Shown: positions 1-8,976, counted from the stretch's first letter. The stretch is 64,000 nucleotides of DNA from Gemmatimonadales bacterium (GCA_011772755.1 WVYX01000291.1:27365-91364); one strand, 5' to 3'. Translations and numbers: made by a program. The notes: generated by a model from the sequence alone, not told the origin.

Positions 1-26
1 CGTCATCCCGGGGCGCGCTGCTCACC

Positions 27-866
27 ATGCTGGCGGCCGGCCTGGCCGGGTCTTGTTCCACGGAAGGGCCGTTCCTCAAGCGCACCGGGGACTTCGAGCT
101 GAGCTTCGAGCTGCACGGCCGGCAGCGGGAAGTCCAGGTGCATCTCCCGGCCGGATACACCGGTGCTGACCCGACCCCACTGCTGTTCGCCCTTCACGGC
201 GGCGGCGGCAGCGGCTCACAGATGCGCCAGACGAGGCAACTGGATCCGGCGGCTGACGAGCTAGGCTTCATCGTGGCGTATCCCGACGGCGTTCTGGGGT
301 GGGCCTATGCGGGAAGCGACCTCGAGCAGCAGGGCGTCGATGACGTGGCGTTCGTCGCCGAACTCATCGAACGATTGGACAACCTCCTCGTTGTGGACCC
401 GGATCGCATCTACGTGACCGGGTTCTCCAACGGTGGGTTCATGGCGCAAACACTCGCGTGTCGTCTCTCGAGCTCGTTTGCAGGGGCGGCGCCCGTTGCC
501 GCGACAGTGCCGCACGACATCGCCGGGGAGTGTCGGGTCGGAGGGAGAATCTCCATCCTCATGGTGAACGGTACGCGGGACCAATCCGTGCCGTACGACG
601 GTGATCCCAGTCGTGGGCTGTTGTCGGTCGATGAGTCGATCCGCATCTGGGCTGCGCGGAACCGGTGCGACAGTACACCTAATGTCTCCAGCGTGGTGAC
701 GGACTCCGTTTCAGGATTCGCCGCCCGGCGCGAGGCCTACCCGGACTGCGCGGCAGGCGTCGAGACCGTGCTCTATGCATTGGAGGATGTGGGCCACCAG
801 TGGCCCACGACGTTCTTCCCCACGAGCGTTATGATCGGAGAGTTCTTGCTGCGACACCACCGGTAG
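27..866 (+). CDS. PHB-depolymerase/LpqC-type esterase (alpha/beta hydrolase)
   Basis: 279-aa ORF with HGGGGSG and GFSNGG (nucleophile elbow) motifs and a lipobox-like LAGSC near the N-terminus. The frame stays open to base 3, so the true start may lie upstream of the window. Confidence 0.75.
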   Translation: MLAAGLAGSCSTEGPFLKRTGDFELSFELHGRQREVQVHLPAGYTGADPTPLLFALHGGGGSGSQMRQTRQLDPAADELGFIVAYPDGVLGWAYAGSDLEQQGVDDVAFVAELIERLDNLLVVDPDRIYVTGFSNGGFMAQTLACRLSSSFAGAAPVAATVPHDIAGECRVGGRISILMVNGTRDQSVPYDGDPSRGLLSVDESIRIWAARNRCDSTPNVSSVVTDSVSGFAARREAYPDCAAGVETVLYALEDVGHQWPTTFFPTSVMIGEFLLRHHR

Positions 867-996
867 GAGGCGTGGCTGGCACGGGGTGCTGGGTGCTCGG
901 CGCCAGGGCCTCGGGCGCCGACCTCGCGCATCCCCTAGAACCAAGCACCTAGCACCTACACCGACTTTGAATGCACACCACAGCGCCCGGCAGGAC

Positions 997-2916
997 TCAC
1001 TGGTACGCGCGAGTCCCCGTGCCAACAGTCCAGACGAGGACGGTGCCGCAGTCCGGTGTCTGTTCCTCCGGTGGGAGGTACGCCTCCGGGGTCTCGACGG
1101 CGTTGCGGAACACTTCGACTGCGGCTACCCACTCGATGGGCAGCGTCCTGAGGAACTGCCACGTCACCGCTGGATGTCCGTCGATGTAGACGGCGGGCGG
1201 ACAGCTACTGGCGTTCAGGGCGACTGAGCGCTGCTCGGGCGGCCCAGTCACGCGGGCCCCGTGCACGGTGGCGACCAGTGCCAACAGGGTTTCGGCGGCC
1301 CGCTCTTCGATTTCGCTTTGGTTGAATGAGAACAGCGTGATGCCGGATGCGCGTCGCTGGCTGAAGGCGGCCAGCGGCTCGACAACCCTGCGTGGCGCCG
1401 TGTCCGGCACGGCGGAGTCCGGTGGTGCTACGAGGTACCGCAGGTTCGCCCGCAGATCCACCATCTGACCCCGGGCCACTTCCAGCGGCTCCGACGAAAC
1501 GCCCCGGTATCCCCAGCGGCTCACCTGAAGGCGGAACAGCCCGGGACCGGGAGCCGTGAGTTCGAACCATCCTTGCGGGGTACTCTGAGTCACAGCGTGC
1601 ACGCTGTCGGAGGGGCCCAACAGCAGCACGGTTGCCCGGGCTACAGGCCCGCCGGCACCGAGCTCGGCCGCCACGCCGCGGAGAACGGGACCCGGCGAGG
1701 GTCGCATGAGGTCGGGGCTCGCGTGCCACTCGGTGTCCGGCTCGTCCGGGACGTCGCTGACGGCGACCGCCCCCGCACTCGATGCGACTGCGACGTCGTG
1801 CTGGAACTGAATTACGTATCCGCCCGTCTCGTGAAACCCCAGGAGTGTTGGCCGCCGGATGGGGTCTCGCCGGACCAGCACCGGCATGCGCAGCCACCAG
1901 TGGCTTACAATCCAGGGTCCGGTGGGGAGCTGCTCGAACTCGACGTGGCCACCGACATGTCGCGTGGGTACCGGCCACGGCAGCCGCGTGTACTCGAAAT
2001 CGACGTATCTGAGACGCGCGGTCTCCTTGCTGAGCCAGAGCACGCCCCTCACGTCCGGCAATTCGCGTCGGCGTACCGGCTCGAACCCGAGGCCCACCAG
2101 CTCGGCTTCGTCGCGATGTTCTCGCAAGTAGAAGCAGTGGTCGTTCGCGAACGTCTCCGACAGCAGCACGTCGGCGTCGGGACCGAAGTGCTCCCATGCC
2201 CCGTCTGCGTTCCGGCGGATGTATCCCGTGGCAGACAGCTCCGCCGCCGGGGCGCTGGCGAAGGGGGAGCCAGCAGTGGTGCCTGAGGCCCGGGTCGCCC
2301 TTCCGCCCACGGGCTTGAGGCTCCCCGGGTTGAGCCGTCGAGTGTAGTGGATGATCTGGTATTGGAGCGAATCCGACCGCTGGCTCCACGACACGGCCGA
2401 CAGCGCCTTGCGTGCCTCCTCCCACACCTGCGCCACGGCGGCACCGGCATCCGGGGTGACGCGGCAGCGGGCCTCTCCCGTAACCACTACTGCACTCAAC
2501 CGTATCGGGAGAAGTACCACCTCCATCCGGTACGGGAGGATCTCGTCGGCCCCGAGGACGAACGGGCGCGAGGTCTGGCTCTTGACGCCAATGATGGCCG
2601 TCTGCAGCCGGTACGTCCCTGCTTCCGGTGCTTGGAGGGCGAACCGCCCCAGCGCGTCTGTGCGGGCTCGCCCACGCTCGGCACCGGTGGAGTCCCGGAG
2701 CACGACGAACGCGTAGGCCACGGGACGCCCGCTACCCTGGGCCACTAGCTCGCCCTCGATCTGCTGCGCCTCGACGGCCGCCCACGGGGGGCAGACGAGG
2801 ACGCCGACTGCGAGGATCAGCCAGTGGGAGTTGTTCGTCCGACTCGAACGGCCTGTCCTGACCACGGTTTCAGGGCACCTCTCCTCATTAACCCGACTTG
2901 GCCGCCCCCGGTTCAT
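997..2916 (-). CDS. secreted CarboxypepD_reg-like repeat protein with C-terminal plug-like block (no barrel)
   Basis: 639-aa ORF with two Ig-like segments (e.g. GRPVAYAFVVLRDSTGAERGRARTDALGRFAL and GGPVARATVLLLGPSDSVHAVTQSTPQGWFEL). The C-terminal CPPAVYIDG...CGTVLVWT block is shared with 4999-5871 and 7393-8169. It starts 27 nt after the Clp1-like gene. Confidence 0.65.
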   Translation of the reverse strand: MNRGRPSRVNEERCPETVVRTGRSSRTNNSHWLILAVGVLVCPPWAAVEAQQIEGELVAQGSGRPVAYAFVVLRDSTGAERGRARTDALGRFALQAPEAGTYRLQTAIIGVKSQTSRPFVLGADEILPYRMEVVLLPIRLSAVVVTGEARCRVTPDAGAAVAQVWEEARKALSAVSWSQRSDSLQYQIIHYTRRLNPGSLKPVGGRATRASGTTAGSPFASAPAAELSATGYIRRNADGAWEHFGPDADVLLSETFANDHCFYLREHRDEAELVGLGFEPVRRRELPDVRGVLWLSKETARLRYVDFEYTRLPWPVPTRHVGGHVEFEQLPTGPWIVSHWWLRMPVLVRRDPIRRPTLLGFHETGGYVIQFQHDVAVASSAGAVAVSDVPDEPDTEWHASPDLMRPSPGPVLRGVAAELGAGGPVARATVLLLGPSDSVHAVTQSTPQGWFELTAPGPGLFRLQVSRWGYRGVSSEPLEVARGQMVDLRANLRYLVAPPDSAVPDTAPRRVVEPLAAFSQRRASGITLFSFNQSEIEERAAETLLALVATVHGARVTGPPEQRSVALNASSCPPAVYIDGHPAVTWQFLRTLPIEWVAAVEVFRNAVETPEAYLPPEEQTPDCGTVLVWTVGTGTRAYQ

Positions 2917-2943
2917 CCCGTAGCCACCGGCGCCTGCCCCCGG

Positions 2944-3837
2944 CTATCTGCCTCCGCCGGGCGGTCCGTAGTACAGCTCCCTCCCGTCTCGGTCGAGGCG
3001 GATCGACCCAAGCTGCACCGAGGCGACCTGGCTCGCTGCGAAGGGAGGTGCGTACAGCTCGAGGCAGCCTTCGTCGAGCCGCAGGCCTTCTATGATCCCC
3101 ATCACCACCACGAACCCACGCCGGTCGCACAAGGCGACGAGGCGCGTGCGGAAGCGTTCGGGACTATCGGTGGCCGGAACCATGCCGTGGAATCCGACGC
3201 CGTCGAGGGACAGTGTCCGCACCGCTGCCCCCTCGAAGTATTGCCTGAACTTGCGGTGTCGGTAAGCCCGGCGCTCTGTGGGATCTCGGCCCACCACGGC
3301 TTGGGAGATCGGTAGGCGGCACACCTCGAGGTCCACTCGGCGCGCGAAGCTCCCAAGCAGCGGCTCCAGCTCGTCTGCCTGCTGGAGGGCAACCAGGTAG
3401 TCGGGCTCGAGGAGGTCAAGCGTCTGATAGTGGAACTCTCGGAGGGCGCCGGTGGAGCCGTAGCCCGACGAGTCGAGGACGATTCTCTGAGCGCCGTCTT
3501 CGGACGCCCGATCGACGAGCCGCTTGACGCCTGTCAGCGTCTGCAGCAAATGCCCGCTGGGCGTCGTCGAGCCAACGAACCGCAACGCTGAGACGCGCTT
3601 CCCATCCCATGGCTCCCAAGCAAGCCCCAGTGCGGCAGGTGGTCCCAGCACCGATTGCCCGGGGTCACAGTCGATGGCGGCCGTGCGGTGGGACTTGGCA
3701 AGCTCCCTCCCCAGGTAGCGACACAGCGTCGTCTTCCCGGAGTCGACGGGACCGAGGACGATGATGCTGCGCCACTGCCGGTCGTCCTGCAGTCGAGCCA
3801 AGAGTGCTTGCCAGGAGCGTTCGACCCGGATCGTCAC
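2944..3837 (-). CDS. Clp1/Grc3-family P-loop polynucleotide 5'-kinase-like protein
   Basis: Motifs occur in Clp1 order: Walker A GPVDSGKTT, DCDPGQS, FVGSTTPSG, VLDSSG. Start placed at in-frame GTG 3837, which forms a GTGA overlap with the upstream stop (3834-3836). The track start 3981 would overlap the upstream gene by 148 nt. Confidence 0.7.
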   Translation of the reverse strand: MTIRVERSWQALLARLQDDRQWRSIIVLGPVDSGKTTLCRYLGRELAKSHRTAAIDCDPGQSVLGPPAALGLAWEPWDGKRVSALRFVGSTTPSGHLLQTLTGVKRLVDRASEDGAQRIVLDSSGYGSTGALREFHYQTLDLLEPDYLVALQQADELEPLLGSFARRVDLEVCRLPISQAVVGRDPTERRAYRHRKFRQYFEGAAVRTLSLDGVGFHGMVPATDSPERFRTRLVALCDRRGFVVVMGIIEGLRLDEGCLELYAPPFAASQVASVQLGSIRLDRDGRELYYGPPGGGR

Positions 3838-4721
3838 GCCTCGATGTGCCGCAGTCGCCCGGCGAGCCATTGCGCTTCGTCGTCGAAGCCGACCTCCCGC
3901 CAGAAGTCCCGCAGGCGTCGGTATCGATCCACGACATCGAAACCAACGCTGTGGTGCAGCTTGCGGAGGTCTGCCGGGCAAAGGTGAAGCGGCCGCGCAT
4001 CACTCTCGGTGACGTGGTTCGAGCCGTTCATCAGGCAGTGGAAGAAGATGCAGTGCTGGATGCCGAACATGTGCGCCGTCTCGTGCGCCAGCACCCTGCA
4101 ACTTCGACGGAGCATCACGTGCTCAGCGTGCCCCCGCTCCTCCCCGTAGAACCGGGGGTCGTAGCGGGCGAAGCTATACACAGCCACCCGTTCCAGTAGC
4201 GAGGCCTGGCCGAAGACGAAATTCCACGCCGGCTCCGGATAGAGGTCCGACATGGTGATCCCGAGGAGACAGAAGGCGTCGCTGGGGAGCCGGCGCGTGA
4301 GGAGTGTCAAGATGTCGGTGGTCAGCAGCTGTATCTGTCGAGTGTAGGGATTCCTTCTCGACGTAATGGGGTGCTGCCCCAGGCCGCCCGGCGACAGGAT
4401 GGTGACCTCGATGGCAAAGAAGGCTTGGGCGAACCGTCGAAGCTGCTCGAGAGATGGGCCCTCGCCTGCCGGAAAGTCCTCCAGCGGTTGGAGGTAGATC
4501 TTGCTTCGGGTTGTATCGGGCTTGTTGCAGCCGGCATTGACAAACTGTTCGAAGGTTTGACCCAACTCCGGGTGGTTCGCAAGCCAGTCATGGGGGGCCG
4601 GTTCCGGGATCGGCCGGAACTCATCGCCAGGTTCGCAGGCCCGCTGCAATGCTGGGGGGAGCCGGTCGACTGGTCCGATGGCTCGGTGGCGCATGTCTGA
4701 CGCAGGTGGAGTGAAACCCAT
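3834..4721 (-). CDS. archaemetzincin-family zinc metallopeptidase (MEROPS M54-like)
   Basis: HETAHMFGIQHCIFFHCLM matches HExxHxxGx3Cx4CxM. The distal site reads CPAD instead of CxxC. N-terminal DWLANHPELGQTFEQF block is also AMZ-like. Start is ambiguous (ATG at 4721, 4694 or 4904). Confidence 0.75.
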   Translation of the reverse strand: MGFTPPASDMRHRAIGPVDRLPPALQRACEPGDEFRPIPEPAPHDWLANHPELGQTFEQFVNAGCNKPDTTRSKIYLQPLEDFPAGEGPSLEQLRRFAQAFFAIEVTILSPGGLGQHPITSRRNPYTRQIQLLTTDILTLLTRRLPSDAFCLLGITMSDLYPEPAWNFVFGQASLLERVAVYSFARYDPRFYGEERGHAEHVMLRRSCRVLAHETAHMFGIQHCIFFHCLMNGSNHVTESDARPLHLCPADLRKLHHSVGFDVVDRYRRLRDFWREVGFDDEAQWLAGRLRHIEA

Positions 4722-4998
4722 GGCGCAGCTCGACGGGTCGCACGTCAGTATCAACGTATCGGTCGAGGGAGGTCTTGTCACGCCAGTGTCGCGCGGTGTC
4801 ACATTGCGGAACCCGAGTACTGGCATGCGCAACTGAGAGGCGGCAACTGCGGCGAGACCAGGTGTATTACGACTACGTGGCCGCGTGGAGTACCTGCCTC
4901 GCAACCCCTAATTGCGACAGTAGCCGTTGGGTTCGCTGACGCGGGGCGGAGGCGGCCTGGAGACTGCAAGCCGCAGGCCATGATGATGGAGGTGCCCT

Positions 4999-5871
4999 AT
5001 GCGGGTCCACGACGCCTCCCCTCGCCAGCAGCGACAAACTCTCAGGGCGGTCCTCGGCCTGATCGTCTCCCTTTCATTGCCACTCGCGCCGGCCTTGCTT
5101 GAGGCGCAGACCGACAGTGCCGTTGTCGTGACGGGGAAGGTTGTCTCCAGTGAGACGGGGGAGCCGATTCAGGGAGCCATTGTCGAAGTCGTAGCGCTCA
5201 ACCTGCAAACCCGGACTGATGCACAGGGCCGGTTCCGACTCGCGGGAGTACCCATCGGCCGGCACGAGTTCAGGGTGCGGCAGCTCGGCTTCAGAGCCCT
5301 CGTGCTGACGGTGGGAGTCCCCCAGCCTGGGCAGGCAGAGCTGGGTCGACTCGAGCTCACTGCGGGAACACCTGTGTTGGAGGGAGTGGTGGTGGAGGCT
5401 GAGCCCACGGTGCGGCACCTCGCGCAGGTGGGATTCTACGAGCGCAAGGAATCCGAGGTCGGCGCGTTCGTCGAGCGCAAGCAGCTCAGGGCTTGGGCGC
5501 CTCGGGTGACCACCGACGTGTTGCGGCACATGCCGGGGATCAGAGTCCTTCCCAATCCCAACTACGGACGGGACCTGCCACCACCCAGGTCGGCCATGGG
5601 ATTTGTGCTTGGCCCGAGCCCTGGCAGGGATTTGCGCCGATTCCTCATCTATTCGACACGGGCGCCGAGCGCCGAGCAATGTCCGCCGCTGTACTTCGTA
5701 GACGGCGTCTACGTCGGCGATGGACTCACCGTGGACTTGGACTCGCACGTCAGCGCGGCTCAGCTGGATGCCGTGGAGTACTACTCCGGCTCAGGCAGGG
5801 TGCCGGCGCGGTTCAACCGGCCGGGATCGGCGTGCGGCGTGCTGGTGCTGTGGCGGAGGGTGGGTCAGTAG
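4999..5871 (+). CDS. secreted CarboxypepD_reg-like protein with plug-like C-terminus
   Basis: 290 aa with a signal peptide ending LLEAQT. Ig-like segment VVTGKVVSSETGEPIQGAIVEVVALNLQTRTDAQGRFRLAGVPIGRHEF. C-terminal CPPLYFVDG...CGVLVLW block. Confidence 0.75.
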   Translation: MRVHDASPRQQRQTLRAVLGLIVSLSLPLAPALLEAQTDSAVVVTGKVVSSETGEPIQGAIVEVVALNLQTRTDAQGRFRLAGVPIGRHEFRVRQLGFRALVLTVGVPQPGQAELGRLELTAGTPVLEGVVVEAEPTVRHLAQVGFYERKESEVGAFVERKQLRAWAPRVTTDVLRHMPGIRVLPNPNYGRDLPPPRSAMGFVLGPSPGRDLRRFLIYSTRAPSAEQCPPLYFVDGVYVGDGLTVDLDSHVSAAQLDAVEYYSGSGRVPARFNRPGSACGVLVLWRRVGQ

Positions 5872-5910
5872 GGGTCGGAGGCCGCGCTGCCGAGCCGTGC
5901 CCGGTCGGAA

Positions 5911-6078
5911 TCACCCTTCCTTTGGCGGCGGCTCGTCGCTGGGAAGTTGAGACCCGCACTGACACGGAGCGTCGTGTCGCGTCGCTAGGAGACCGCTCTC
6001 TGTTGTCAGAGGAATTGACTTGGCGCTCACGTCTGGCGGCAATTCACCACCGCAGTTGGGGCAATGCTCCTTGGCCAT
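5911..6078 (-). CDS. small zinc-ribbon-like protein, 55 aa (hypothetical; below ORF-track cutoff)
   Basis: My own translation gives MAKEHCPNCGGELPPDVSAKSIPLTTESGLLATRHDAPCQCGSQLPSDEPPPKEG. A GGAGGA SD lies 5 nt before ATG 6078. It has CxxC plus CxC pairs. Codon third-position GC is only moderate. Confidence 0.35.
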   Translation of the reverse strand: MAKEHCPNCGGELPPDVSAKSIPLTTESGLLATRHDAPCQCGSQLPSDEPPPKEG

Positions 6079-6167
6079 GACAATCCTCCTGGTCGTTCCC
6101 GACGCTCGGGCGCCAATGGCCTAACATACCGTTCGATCGTTGCGCGGGATAGAGCGATTCGCGGCGG

Positions 6168-6740
6168 TCACCGGCGGTTCGGGGCGTCGCTCTCACCCAA
6201 GGCCTTGGCCTCACAGGAGGTGCAGATGCCGTGCGTCAGACGCGGCAGCCGAACGGCATCGAACAACTTCAGCCGGCGTACGGCGTCCTCGGGCTCGAGC
6301 CACTCCAGGTCAGATACTCGGATCTGCTTGCACCAACTACAGATTGTCAGGAGCTTGTCAACGCGAGCTGCTGACGGATCGAGGAGTGCGAGGTAGGGTC
6401 GCTGCTCCTCGCGAAGGAGGACGCCACGGAGCTTCACCTCCCCGCGGGGGACGGCAGCGATCCGGAGTTCCATGTGCCTCAGCAGCGTGGGCGAGTCGCA
6501 GCGAAACGGGAGCGTGACGGTTCGGCCTCGGGTTCTGACGGAGGCGAGCATCAGACGGTACAGGTACCGAGTTTCCTCTCCCGAGACGTAGTCCCAGAGA
6601 TAGGTGCCAAGCACGGCCCCCTCAGTGAGATGGGGTGCTCCGTTCTGCCGCGCGAAATCCTCCCAGGCCGGGCTCACCCAGCAAATGCGATCCTCGGAGT
6701 CCACCCTGTAGTCGTACGTAGTCGGGTAAGCCACTGGCAT
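6168..6740 (-). CDS. PAS-like domain protein with C-terminal CxxC-x32-HxxCxxC metal-binding tail
   Basis: 190-aa ORF with tail ICSWCKQIRVSDLEWLEPEDAVRRLKLFDAVRLPRLTHGICTSCEAK. The N-terminal ~130 aa have a PAS-like pattern. No obvious SD. Confidence 0.6.
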   Translation of the reverse strand: MPVAYPTTYDYRVDSEDRICWVSPAWEDFARQNGAPHLTEGAVLGTYLWDYVSGEETRYLYRLMLASVRTRGRTVTLPFRCDSPTLLRHMELRIAAVPRGEVKLRGVLLREEQRPYLALLDPSAARVDKLLTICSWCKQIRVSDLEWLEPEDAVRRLKLFDAVRLPRLTHGICTSCEAKALGESDAPNRR

Positions 6741-6973
6741 CCGGCCGGGAAGTGTTCTGACGAGTCAGCACGACAGCCGAGTCTCAGCCGGGCTGCGCCG
6801 TGCCCGGATTCAACATGCTAGCGGGGCTCCGATTGGCATGCAAATCACGCCCGGCAAGGCGCCTTGCGCAGGACCGCGCGCCTGTGCACGTCGTGCTGCA
6901 GCGATCCGGGATCAGGTCGGGTAAGACGGGTGGGCAATGACTTGGACCTCGAGCTTCGTAGGGAGGGACCGTC

Positions 6974-7204
6974 ATGGAGCGAGTGACCGGGATTGGAGGC
7001 ATCTTCTTCAAAGCCCACGATCCGGCAGAGCTCAAGGCATGGTACCGGGAGCACCTGGGTATCGTCCGGAAGCCGGATGGGTTCATTGCGTTTGAGTGGC
7101 GGGAGAAGGACGACCCCGATCGCACGTTGCGTCGTAGCCTCTGCTTGCGCGAGATGACATCATCGGGACCAGGTAGGAACCTGGCAGTGCCGCCCGGCGC
7201 TTGA
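6974..7204 (+). pseudogene. VOC/glyoxalase-family gene remnant (N-terminal ~45 aa recognisable)
   Basis: MERVTGIGGIFFKAHDPAELKAWYREHLGI is a typical VOC N-terminus with a GGAGGG SD. After about residue 45 the sequence becomes Arg/Ser/Pro-rich and stops at 76 aa, whereas the family is normally about 120-130 aa. Confidence 0.45.
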
Positions 7205-7213
7205 GTAGTTGGC

Positions 7214-7453
7214 ATGGGCGACCCGCGGCATAGGATACGCGCTGTGGCATATCAACCCATCGAGGACTACGGCGTGATCGGAGACATGCGCACCGTGGCG
7301 CTAGTGGGGAAGAACGGCTCGATTGACTGGGGGGCGGAGCTTAGCGAGTTCCCGCGTTCGCAGCCGTACAGCGATACGTATCTCAACCAGGCTCAGCTAC
7401 CCGGCTTCCTCCACACTGCGATCACCCCACACAGAGACTCGCGACCCGTGTAG
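7214..7453 (+). pseudogene. glycoside hydrolase family 15 (glucoamylase/trehalase-like) N-terminal remnant
   Basis: [27 protein letters not shown] matches the conserved GH15 N-terminus. Similarity ends near 7330, and the ORF then runs into the 3' end of the opposite-strand gene 7393-8169. Confidence 0.5.
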
Positions 7454-8169
7454 AACTCATCGGGCACGACGGCAGCGGTGTATATCTCGACGCCAGCCAG
7501 GTCACGGGGGAGCAACTCGAAGTCGGGGCCACGATCACCGGCATCGTCGATGGTGCCCCACCACTTCCCGTCTACGTAGAGCTGCGGTGGGCAATCGCCG
7601 CTGCGCTCGCCGCGGTGTCTCACCCCAGCTCGCTCGGCACCGGCGTGTGAGCCAGCGAGGCGTACCGTGAAGTAATCGCGGCTCCCGGGCAGCGGGACGA
7701 CGCTCACACCTGACAGGTGCTGCATGATGTCCGTGAACCGGTCCCCGCCCCGCTCCTGTATGTCTTGCGCCGTCAGGAACGTCCCGTTCCCCGTCGCCCT
7801 GCGCTGGTAGAACGCCTCCATCCAGCCGGTTTCACCTCCCACCGGCGCCAGTCGCACCTCCAGCTCGCTGGCCTCATCTGTCCTGAGCTTCATCGGCTGC
7901 GAGTCCCACGTGCTGTAGCCGGCACCACCAACGCGAACGGTATAAGTGTCGTTCTCCGGTATCGCGAGCGAGAAGGACCCGTCGGGTGCTGTGAGCGTCC
8001 CTCGGCGAATCTGGCCTTTGCTGTCAAGCAGCACGACCGAGGCGTCGGCGACCGGGTCACCGGTGGCAGCGTTGACCACCACACCCCGAACAGTTTGCGC
8101 AGCGAGCTCGCCCGCCGTCGGGAGGGCCAGAATAGCAGAGAGCGCAATGCCACAGATCATAGTCCGCAT
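7393..8169 (-). CDS. secreted CarboxypepD_reg-like protein with plug-like C-terminus
   Basis: Start moved to ATG 8169 ([17 protein letters not shown]...) because GGAGG lies 5 nt upstream; the track GTG start contains that SD. Ig-like [43 protein letters not shown]-terminal CPPQLYVDG...CGVIAVW. Confidence 0.72.
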   Translation of the reverse strand: MRTMICGIALSAILALPTAGELAAQTVRGVVVNAATGDPVADASVVLLDSKGQIRRGTLTAPDGSFSLAIPENDTYTVRVGGAGYSTWDSQPMKLRTDEASELEVRLAPVGGETGWMEAFYQRRATGNGTFLTAQDIQERGGDRFTDIMQHLSGVSVVPLPGSRDYFTVRLAGSHAGAERAGVRHRGERSGDCPPQLYVDGKWWGTIDDAGDRGPDFELLPRDLAGVEIYTAAVVPDEFYTGRESLCGVIAVWRKPGS

Positions 8170-8283
8170 TGTGGCCTCCACACTTTTTGAACTCCCGCCT
8201 AAAGATGCCGTCTTCCACGGTAACCGGTCAATCGAGAACAGCAGGGCCAGACCGGGAGCCGCGCATCACGCCGAGCAGTTGGC

Positions 8284-8976
8284 CTAGGCGAGGGCCCAAT
8301 CCACGGCCGCGCGCGCGTGGATCGTGGTGGTGTCGAAGAGAGGCAATGGCGAATGCTCGGGAGCGACCAACAGGGAGATCTCGGTACACCCGAGGATGAT
8401 CCCTTCGGCGCCGCGGGCAGCCAGCTTGTTGATGATGTCCACGTACTGCTCCCGGGAAACGTCGAGCAATCTCCCCATGCAGAGCTCGTCGTATATCACC
8501 CGGTGGATCAGCTCCCGCTCCGACTCGGCGGGGATCAATACTTCGAGACCGTGTCGTGAGACGAGCCGTCCTCGATAGAAGTCCAGCTCCATGGTGAACT
8601 TGGTTCCCAAGAGGCCAACTGTGTGTAGAGATGTGCCCTTGACCTCCTCGGCAGTGGCGTCGGCGATGTGCAGCAGGGGGATCCCGATCGCCTGCTCGAT
8701 TTCCGGGGCGACGCTGTGCATGGTGTTGCTGCACAGCAGGAGGAAATCGGCGCCCGTCGCCTCCACGCGCTTGGCGGCTTCGGCCAGCACCCTCCCTGCC
8801 TGGTCCCAGCGCCCAGCGTCCTGGAGACGCTCGATCTCGTCAAAATCCACGCTGTACATGGCGATCTTCGCCGAGTGAAGGCCGCCGCATCGCGCCCTCA
8901 CTTCCTGGTTGATCGCCTCGTAGTAGGTACGAGTGGATTCCCAGCTCATTCCCCCCAGAAGTCCGATGGTCTTCAC
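8284..8976 (-). CDS. aspartate/glutamate racemase family protein (aspartate racemase-like)
   Basis: VKTIGLLGGMSWESTRTYY N-terminus and two catalytic-Cys contexts (LLCSNTMH and ILGCTE). GTG 8976 is preceded by GGAAGG. Confidence 0.85.
   Translation of the reverse strand: MKTIGLLGGMSWESTRTYYEAINQEVRARCGGLHSAKIAMYSVDFDEIERLQDAGRWDQAGRVLAEAAKRVEATGADFLLLCSNTMHSVAPEIEQAIGIPLLHIADATAEEVKGTSLHTVGLLGTKFTMELDFYRGRLVSRHGLEVLIPAESERELIHRVIYDELCMGRLLDVSREQYVDIINKLAARGAEGIILGCTEISLLVAPEHSPLPLFDTTTIHARAAVDWALA

Noticed and set aside
1205-2425. 406-aa minus-strand ORF in an alternative frame of the 639-aa CarboxypepD_reg gene, plus several 100-240-aa plus-strand ORFs there
   Set aside because: All are Arg/Gly/Pro-rich. 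The 639-aa frame carries the recognisable Ig-like and plug-like blocks shared with two paralogs.
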